Below are positions 17,983 to 25,900 of a stretch of DNA of 64,000 bases, in pieces. Position 1 is the stretch's first letter. Each line of letters starts with the position of its first letter. The position numbers and the translations under genes are program-made. The notes beneath the pieces are model-generated. The model was given only the letters and a program-made list of their open reading frames with translations, was not told where the DNA came from and did not search any database. The DNA is taken from assembly GCA_045863395.1 (NCBI GenBank), contig BTVJ01000003.1, positions 195,172-259,171 of the forward strand, in the 5' to 3' direction. Source of the stretch: Myxococcales bacterium (lineage in GTDB: Bacteria; Myxococcota_A; UBA9042; JABWCM01; BTVJ01).

Positions 17983-19698
17983 GTGAAGTGCCTCATCGAG
18001 CTGGGGGACCGGTGCAACGACCGCTGCGCCTTCTGCGCCGTCGTCGGGGAGCCGCTCCTCGACGAGGAGACCGTCGGGCGCCACATCGACCGGGCCGCCG
18101 AGCTCGGGTGCTCCATGGTGGTGCTCGGCGGTGGGGAGCCCACCATCCGCCCCGATCTGCTGCGCCTGGCGTCCCGGGTCGCCGCCCGCGGCATGGACCT
18201 GGGGCTCCACACCAACGGGCGCATGCTCGCGGTGCCGGGGCTGCTCGAGCGCCTCTGCGCGCGGCGGCTGCGGCACGTCCAGGTGGGCGTACATGGCCTC
18301 GGGGCCGCCCACGACGCCATCGTGGGGGAGATTGCGTTCGCGCAGACCTGGGCGGGGCTCGTCGCCGCCGCCCGCCATGTCGCTGTGGACGTGCGGTGCG
18401 TGGTCACGGACCGGAGCGGTGACCTCGGGGCGCTCGTGCGGGCCGCCGAGGTCGCCGGCGCGCGGGTCACGCTCGCGCCCGTGGAGCCCGTGGGGGCGGC
18501 CTCCACCGCGATGCTGCACCCCGTGGAGGCCGCGCGCCGGATCCGCGAGGCGCTGGAGGGCACGGGCGCCCTGCACGCGGGGGTGCCGCTGTGCCTGCTG
18601 CCGGGGCTCGAGCACCGCGGCACCGACGCGCGTGCGCGCGGGGTCGCCTACGTCGCCCGGCACGAGCTGCGGGCCCTCGCCGAGGATCGCGTCCAGCCGC
18701 CGCCATGTACGGACTGCGCGCTGCGTGGCCGCTGCCCGGGGCTCCACCCCGAGGATCTGCGGCGCTGGGGGGCCGACATGCTCCGGCCCGTGCGCGGCGA
18801 GCGCTCCAACTCCTTCCACCTGACGCCCAGGGGCGAGCTCCCGTGGCCGGATGGCGCGCCCTGCCCGCTGCTGCGACGAGGCGTGGGCGCGCTGGACCCG
18901 CTGCGCCAGGCGCTGCTGCGGACAGCAGGGCGCCTCGTGCTCCACGAGACGCGCACCCGGGACTTCGCTCCAGCGGAGCTGGGTGCCGTCCGCGCCCGCG
19001 GGCAGCTCTACCTGGACGCGAGCGACAAGGAGGCCCCCGACGACTTCGCGACGGACCTGCGCAAGCTGGCCCCCGACCCGGCGTGTCCGCCGTGCCCGCT
19101 CCGCTCCGGCTGCCCCGGCGCGTGGTGCGTCCTCCCCGGCGACGTGTTCGGGCCCGACGACGCGGTGGTGGCGCGGACCGTGGCGTCCCTGCGGGGTGAC
19201 GTCCTGGACGTGGGGTGCGGCGACGGCCGCTACGGGGACGCCCTCGCGCCGCTCGTCGCCTCGGGCGCCATCCGCTATCGGGGCCTCGACCCGGACGGCG
19301 CGCGCATCGCCGGCCTCCGCGAGCGCTGGCCATGGGCCACCCTGGAGGTCGCCTGCGCCGAGGACGTGCCCCTGGACCCCGCGAGCCTGGACCACGCCCT
19401 GCTCCTGCGGAGCTGGAACCACCTGGCGGATCCGCGCGCCGTCGTCGAGCGCCTGCTCGCGGCGCTGCGCCCGGGCGGGACCCTCCTCGTCGCGGACAAC
19501 GTGGCCTTCGGGCTGCTACGGACCCCAGCCCAGGCAGCACGGGCGGAGGCCGGAGGCGCCGCCTTCGAGCACTGGCGCAACGACGGTGCGGCGGAGGCGG
19601 CGGCGCGCCTCGTGGGGCTCCCCCTGCGAGAGCTGCTGCGACGCGAGGTCGGCCCCGGGACCAGCAACCAGTGGGTCCTGCGGTGGGAGCGCGCCTGA
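17983..19698 (+). CDS. Radical SAM + two Cys clusters + class I SAM methyltransferase fusion
   Basis: CNDRCAFC, GGEPT, HTNGR; CTDCALRGRCPG and CPPCPLRSGCPG; VLDVGCGDG and LRPGG. Confidence 0.8.
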   Translation: MKCLIELGDRCNDRCAFCAVVGEPLLDEETVGRHIDRAAELGCSMVVLGGGEPTIRPDLLRLASRVAARGMDLGLHTNGRMLAVPGLLERLCARRLRHVQVGVHGLGAAHDAIVGEIAFAQTWAGLVAAARHVAVDVRCVVTDRSGDLGALVRAAEVAGARVTLAPVEPVGAASTAMLHPVEAARRIREALEGTGALHAGVPLCLLPGLEHRGTDARARGVAYVARHELRALAEDRVQPPPCTDCALRGRCPGLHPEDLRRWGADMLRPVRGERSNSFHLTPRGELPWPDGAPCPLLRRGVGALDPLRQALLRTAGRLVLHETRTRDFAPAELGAVRARGQLYLDASDKEAPDDFATDLRKLAPDPACPPCPLRSGCPGAWCVLPGDVFGPDDAVVARTVASLRGDVLDVGCGDGRYGDALAPLVASGAIRYRGLDPDGARIAGLRERWPWATLEVACAEDVPLDPASLDHALLLRSWNHLADPRAVVERLLAALRPGGTLLVADNVAFGLLRTPAQAARAEAGGAAFEHWRNDGAAEAAARLVGLPLRELLRREVGPGTSNQWVLRWERA

Positions 19699-19709
19699 CG
19701 CCCACCGCC

Positions 19710-19733
19710 AGCGCGCTCCGTAGGGGGCGCGCT
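19710..19733. terminator. GC-rich hairpin between convergent genes
   Basis: agcgcgctcc-gtag-ggggcgcgct, 10-bp stem with one G-U pair; no U tract. Confidence 0.4.
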
Positions 19734-19764
19734 CCGAACGCGGGCCACAGCGCCGCGGGTGACG

Positions 19765-21042
19765 CTACCTGCGGCGCCGTCGCAGGCCAAGCCAGGCGGC
19801 GAGGAGCGCGATGGCCGCCGGGGCGACGCCGACCGGGGGCGTGGCGGCACAGCCTGCGGGGGGGGCTCCCCCGCAGTCGCCGGCAGCGCAGGTTGGAGCG
19901 CCCGGCCCCGGGGTGTTCGCGGTGCCTGCGTCGGGTCCCGGCGCAGGGGCGCTCGGCCCATCCCCCTGCGTGTCTGCACCAACCGGACTGGGCGCCGTCA
20001 CCTGCACGGGGATGATCGCCACCTCGGCGGGAGGCGTCGCCGAGAACCGGACGACGCGCCGGTCCTGGCCGCTCGGGCTCACGAGCCTCATGTCGTCTGC
20101 GACCTCGAGCCGGACGACCTCCCACTGCGACGGCACCTCGACCTCGACCTCGAGGGGCACCGGGGCGTCCTGACCCGTGACGCGGAGGTGGATCTCGCCT
20201 GGCGGTCCCGGGAGCGGCTCCACGAGCGCCGCATCCCGGGCGCGCACGTAGTCGGCGACCTCCACGAGCGGCGCGACCCACACCTGGGGTCCCAGGGCGG
20301 CCAGGTGGTCGAGGGCGGCCGCGTAGACGGCCACGGGGACCGGCTCCCACCCCTCCTGGGTTGGGCTGAGCGGCTCGTCCGGGTCGCGCAGGCCGTGCAC
20401 CCCCACGACCAGCCACGCGCCCTCGTCGAGGGTGAGGTCGATCCACCCTTGGATCTCGGTGGCCTCCGTGTCGGACAGGGGATGAAGCGACCGCACCAGG
20501 AAGAGATCGTCGGGCGAAGGCGGGTTGAGGTCGGAGAGCCCAGTGCGCGCGGCCTGGTAGCCAGCGGCGGCGACAGCGGCCACGGCGGCGGGGCTGGTCT
20601 TCGAGAACGGGAAGGCGAGGCTGCGCCCCTGCGTCGCCCCGAAGTGCTCGACGATGGCCTCGCGGGAGGTCTGGACCTCCTGCGCAAGCGCCTCGGGAGC
20701 CAGGGCGTCGAGCGCGACGTGCGTCACCGAGTGCGAGCCGATCTCGTGACCGCCGTCGGATAGCGGCCGCCATGCCTCCCACTGGTCCTCGTCGTCGAGC
20801 CAGCTCGTCACGACGTAGAAGGTGCCGCGGAACCCCCGGTCCTCCAGCAGGCGCCGCATGAACACCCGCTGGCTCACGTAGCCGTCGTCCATGGTGATGC
20901 TGACGGCCGCCTTGGCTCCGCCCCGCCAGGGGAGGAGCGTCGTGTCACCGGGCGCCCCACCGGCTGGGCCGGAGGCCATCGAGAGGGCCACCCCCATCGC
21001 GGCGCCCAGCGCGGTCCGACGACGTGCTCCAGCTACTCTCAT
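19765..21042 (-). CDS. Secreted polysaccharide deacetylase (NodB/CE4) with MYXO-CTERM-like tail
   Basis: Signal peptide; SITMDDG, HEIGSHSVTH, AFPF; C-terminal GC...hydrophobic...RRRRR. Confidence 0.85.
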   Translation of the reverse strand: MRVAGARRRTALGAAMGVALSMASGPAGGAPGDTTLLPWRGGAKAAVSITMDDGYVSQRVFMRRLLEDRGFRGTFYVVTSWLDDEDQWEAWRPLSDGGHEIGSHSVTHVALDALAPEALAQEVQTSREAIVEHFGATQGRSLAFPFSKTSPAAVAAVAAAGYQAARTGLSDLNPPSPDDLFLVRSLHPLSDTEATEIQGWIDLTLDEGAWLVVGVHGLRDPDEPLSPTQEGWEPVPVAVYAAALDHLAALGPQVWVAPLVEVADYVRARDAALVEPLPGPPGEIHLRVTGQDAPVPLEVEVEVPSQWEVVRLEVADDMRLVSPSGQDRRVVRFSATPPAEVAIIPVQVTAPSPVGADTQGDGPSAPAPGPDAGTANTPGPGAPTCAAGDCGGAPPAGCAATPPVGVAPAAIALLAAWLGLRRRRR

Positions 21043-21213
21043 GGGTCGTCTGCTCCTCGCGACGGGTGCCAGCCACTGAGTGGGGAGGCTGCACCCGCGC
21101 CGAGCCAGTGTATCGGATGAACGGGCGGGGATCCTTACGCAGACGTGTGACCGGGAGTGACCGTGACGAGCGGGAAGGCCGGCGGGGCCCGCTGCGTGGC
21201 CGCCCGGCGCCCG

Positions 21214-21243
21214 TTGACGCCCGCGGCGAGTCGGCGCTACGGT
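21214..21243 (+). promoter_or_regulatory. Putative sigma70-type promoter
   Basis: TTGACG-18 nt-TACGGT upstream of AAGGAG and ATG 21285. Confidence 0.4.
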
Positions 21244-21284
21244 GGGGACCTCACGCTACCGGCGCCGCCGCCCAAGGAGCACCA

Positions 21285-22898
21285 ATGACCGAGTCCTTCG
21301 CAGCCCTGTTCCCCCGCAGCCTGGACGACGTCCCCCCAGAGCACCGGCTGGAGCCCATCGAGCAGCGCGAGTGGCTGGTCGGGGGTGAGCTGCGCACCTG
21401 GGAGGGGCCCGTGCAGCGGGTCCGGTCCGTCGTGTGCGCAGGCCCCGACCTCCAGCGCGTCGACCTCGGCAGCACCCCACAGCTTGGGGCGGCCGAGGCC
21501 CTCGCCGCGCTGGACGCGGCGGACCGCGCGTGGGACCTGGGCCGCGGGGCCTGGCCGACCATGCCGGTCGCGGAGCGCATCCGCTGCGTCGAGGAGCTGG
21601 CGCGACGTCTCGCCGAGCGGCGGGAGGAGGTAGCGCGGATCCTGATGTGGGAGGTGGGCAAGGCGTGGACCGACGCGCTCAAGGAGGTGGATCGGACTGT
21701 CTCGTATATCCGCGACACGGTCACCGCGCTCATGGAGCTCGACCGGAGGTCCGCCTGGCCCGTCGTCGAGCAGGGCGTGTTCGGCCAGATCCGGCGCGCG
21801 CCGCTCGGGCCGACCCTGTGCATGGGGCCCTTCAACTACCCCCTCAACGAGACGTTCACGACGCTGGTCCCGGCGCTGATCATGGGGAACCCCGTGATCT
21901 TCAAGCCGCCCAAGCTCGGGGTGCTCCTGCACCGGCCCCTCCTCGAGGCCTTCCGAGACGCCTTCCCGCCGGGGGTCGTCAACACGGTCCATGGGGACGG
22001 CTCCACGGTCGTGGGGCCGCTCATGCAGAGCGGGCGCCTCGCGTGCCTCGCATTCATCGGCTCGAGCCGGGTCGCCGGCATCCTGAAGCACCAGCACCCG
22101 AAGCCGCACCGGCTGCGCGCCGTGCTCGGCCTCGACGCGAAGAACGCCGCCATCGTCCTCCCCGACGCCGACCTGGACCTGACCGCCCGCGAGTGCGTGA
22201 CCGGCGCGCTGACCTTCAACGGGCAGCGGTGCACCGCCCTCAAGCTCCTGTTCGTCCACCGGAGCATCGCGGAGCCGCTGCTGGAGCGCATGGCGGCGGG
22301 GATCGACGCCCTCCGAGGGGGCATGCCCTGGGAGCCCGGCGTCGGGATCACGCCGCTCGCCGAGGACGACAAGGCCGCGTGGCTCGGGGAGCTGGTCGCC
22401 GAGGCCGTCGCATCTGGCGGTCGCGTCGTGAACCGGCGCGGCGGGGAGTCGGCGGGCACTTATTTCCAGCCCGCGCTCGTGTGTCCGGTCGCGCCGTCGA
22501 CCCGGCTCTGGCGGGTGGAGCAGTTCGGGCCCGTGGTGCCGGTGGTGCCCTATGACGACGTGGAGGAGCCCCTGCGCCACGTCGTCGAGTCTGACTTCGG
22601 GCAGCAGGTCAGCCTCTTCGGGCAGGATCCGGCGACGCTCGGGGCGCTCATCGACCCACTCGTCAACCAGGTCTGCCGCGTCAACCTCAACACGCAATGC
22701 CAGCGCGGCCCCGACACCTTCCCATTCACCGGGCGCAAGGACTCCGCGGAGGGGACTCTCTCTGTCTCCGATGCGCTTCGTGTATTCTCCATCCGCAGTC
22801 TCGTCGCTGCGAGGGCGGACGACGCGGGCAAGGAGACCGTCCAGCGGATTCTGCGGGCGCGCACGTCGAAGTTCCTGTCGACGGACTTTCTGATGTAG
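21285..22898 (+). CDS. Aldehyde dehydrogenase family, probably non-phosphorylating NADP-dependent GAPDH
   Basis: MGPFNYPLNE, FKPP, AFIGSS, LGLDAKNA, FNGQRCTA (catalytic Cys), EQFGP, FPFTGRKDS. Confidence 0.85.
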   Translation: MTESFAALFPRSLDDVPPEHRLEPIEQREWLVGGELRTWEGPVQRVRSVVCAGPDLQRVDLGSTPQLGAAEALAALDAADRAWDLGRGAWPTMPVAERIRCVEELARRLAERREEVARILMWEVGKAWTDALKEVDRTVSYIRDTVTALMELDRRSAWPVVEQGVFGQIRRAPLGPTLCMGPFNYPLNETFTTLVPALIMGNPVIFKPPKLGVLLHRPLLEAFRDAFPPGVVNTVHGDGSTVVGPLMQSGRLACLAFIGSSRVAGILKHQHPKPHRLRAVLGLDAKNAAIVLPDADLDLTARECVTGALTFNGQRCTALKLLFVHRSIAEPLLERMAAGIDALRGGMPWEPGVGITPLAEDDKAAWLGELVAEAVASGGRVVNRRGGESAGTYFQPALVCPVAPSTRLWRVEQFGPVVPVVPYDDVEEPLRHVVESDFGQQVSLFGQDPATLGALIDPLVNQVCRVNLNTQCQRGPDTFPFTGRKDSAEGTLSVSDALRVFSIRSLVAARADDAGKETVQRILRARTSKFLSTDFLM

Positions 22899-22951
22899 GT
22901 TCGCGCCAGCAGAGTCTCGTGTCGCACCAGGGGGGGGAGGGGAGACTGGCC

Positions 22952-25900
22952 ATGACGGGGAGCGCGGTGGCAGGTGGCGGGGGCGCGGCGCCGGGGCGCC
23001 TCGACGTCGAGGCGGTGCGGTTCGCGGGGGAGATTGCCTACGCGAGGGCGCTCGAAGAGACGGGTCTGGTGGCAGCCCTCGGAGAACGCCTCGCCACGCC
23101 AGACGGAGAGCGGATCCGGCGGACGCTGATGGCGCGCTCGCTGCGCCTCACGGAGGGCATGGCGCCCGAGCCCTATGCGGCGGCGAGGTGCTGCGCGGCG
23201 CTGTTCGGGATCGACCGACCCATCGAGATCTATCAGGCCGCCGGCGAGGAGAACGCGGCCATGCACCTCGTCGACTCGCCCGTCCTGCTGGAGATTCGCG
23301 GGCGCCTGCTGTCCCTGCTCGACGAGCCGGGCCTGGTCTCGGTCATGGGACACGAGCTCGGGCACTACCTGGCGCACGGCCTATGGAATCCCCACCAGGG
23401 CGCGGCGTCGTTGGCCAACGGGATCCTCGCTGGGGGCGACGCGCCGCCGGAGCTGCTCTCTCTGGCCTCGCGCATGAGCATGGCGCGCGAGATCACCGCG
23501 GACCGCTTCGGCCTGATGGCTTGCAAGGACCTGACCGCCGCGCTGCGCTGCGAGATGGTGGTGACCACCGGGCTCTCGGCCGGGTCCCTCACGTGGGATA
23601 CGGTCGCCTACCTGGCGCAGTGCCGTGAGCTGATGGAGGCCACCCTCGCAGAGGGCGGCACGGCCCTCGGCGGCACCCACCCGGAGCACAGCCTGCGGGC
23701 CTGGGCGCTGTGGCTCTTCAGCGAGACGGACGTGTATGCCCGGTGGGCGGGGACCGGTAGCGGGAGCCGCGCGCTCGCGCAGGTCGACGAGCTGCTGCTC
23801 CGGGTGCTGGGGCGCGACGACGTCTCGGTGGGGACTCCCGCCGCGCTGGAGGAGCCCGTCCGCGAGCTGCACGAGTGCGCCCTGGCGTGCTGCGTTCTGG
23901 TGGCGCTCTCGGACGGGGAGCTGCACGACACGGAGGCGGAGGCCATCGAGCGGGTCTTCGCGACGCTGGTGCCCGACTGGCGGCGTTACCTCGACTGGGA
24001 CATCGCCTGCGAGCGGTTCGCCGAGACCGCCGTGGTGGTGGCGGCCGCCGGACCCTCGGCCCAGCGCTCGCTGCTCTCCCTCATGGTGCACGTGCTCGGG
24101 GCCGACGGCACCGTCGAGAGCCTCGAGCTGGACGTGGTGTGCGCCATCGGGGACGCCCTCGGGTGCGGGCCCCTGTTCCGGCGGCTGCTCCCGCTGGCCC
24201 TGCGTGCCTTGGGGGTGGAGGTGCCGGACCTGGAGGGCCGCAAGGCACCCCCCATCCCCATGCCGGCGCGGCGCGACGAGGCGCACGCGGCGCTGGCGGT
24301 GTTCTTGGAAGGGGTCGCTCGGCGCGGTGGGGGAGAGGTCACGTTGCGGCGCCTGCTGCGCCTGCTCGGGGAGCGGCAAGCGAGCGACCAGGCGCTCGCG
24401 ACGGTGCGATCCGCGCTGCGGCGCGCGGACCTGCGCTGCGAGCCGGAGCCGAGCGACCGCCTCGACGAGGTGCTCCGGCTCGACCCCACGCCGGAGGCCA
24501 GCGCCCGACGGCACGGGCGGCCTCCGGCGCCGGTGCTCGGCGCCGACCAGGAGACGCTGCGCCGCGCGCTGCTCCGCCTCCGCGAGAGCCTGGTCTCGGG
24601 GGACGGCCGGAGCCCCGCCATCCGGTTGCGCCAGGCGCGGACCGGGCGGGCCTTCGACCTCCATGACCTCGAAGCGGTCTCGATGGGCCTCTCGGAGCGC
24701 GCGCTGGCGCTCGTGCGCGGCGGCAAGGAGGCCCGGCTCGTCGACGCGGCGGAGGTCGGGCGGCACGATGGGGCGAAGGCGGTCGCCCAGGAGCTGATCG
24801 CCATGGAGCGCGAGCACAAGCTGCGATTCGAGGAGACCGGGGCCCGGGACCTCTACGTGGGCTACCCGTTCCTGGCCGGGCAGGCAGCGGGTTACCTGGT
24901 GCGGGCGCCGCTCGTCCTGTACCCCGTGGAGCTCGTGCGCAGTGATCGTGGGGCCCGGAGCTTCTCGCTGGCGCCGCGGCGCGACGAGCCGCCCATCGCC
25001 AACCAGAGCGCCATCCGGCTCCTGTTCTCCAAGAAGGGCTATGCCCTGCCCGACGATCTGGTGGAGCGGCTCGACGAGCTGGCCGCCGACGGGCCCGAGG
25101 CGCTCCTCGGGGAGCTCGCGCGGCTCGGCGTGAGCCCCCGCGTGCTGACGGGGCAGCTCGGGCCGCTCACGGATCGCCTCACGGAGCTCCTCGCGTGGGC
25201 TGCGGACCGCCTGGACGTAGAGGAGGTGGCCGTGCTGGGGCTGTTCCCCCAGTCGAGCTCCGACCTGCTCCAGGACTACGACAGCCTGCTCGCGGCCCTC
25301 GCGGAGGGTGTCCACCCTGGTGAGGCGCTGGGCTGCGCGGCCGAGCTGCTGCCCGCGGACCTGCGGGAGCGGGTGACCGGTGGCGCGGCGCCCGCCAGCG
25401 CGCGCAACGAGCCGCTCACCCCTGTGCTCTACGCGGACCCGAGCCAGCGGGCGGTGCTGGCGCGGGCGCGGTCCGCCCGTGCGCTGGTAGTGGATGGCCC
25501 GCCCGGCACGGGGAAGAGCCAGGTGATCGTCAACCTCGTCGCCGACGCCGTTGCGCGCGGGGAGCGGGTGGCGGTCGTCTGCGAGAAGCGCGCGGCGCTC
25601 GACGTCGTGGTGCAGCGCCTCGAGAAGGTCGGCCTCCGCCACCTGCTGGGGCTCGTCCACGACGTCCACGACGACCGCCGCGGGCTCTACCGCCAGATCG
25701 CAGCGCGCCTGGAGGAGGCCGCGGACCGGACCTGGGACCAGGCCGAGGCCGCGCGGCTCACCCAGGAGGCAGACGCCCTGGGCGCGGCCCTGGACCTCCG
25801 GTCCGCGGCGCTCGCGCATCGGGCGGGGGCGCTGTCCGTCGGGGAGCTGCACACGTTTGCGTCGGGGCTCACCGTCACCGGCGGGGGCCCACTGGGCGCC

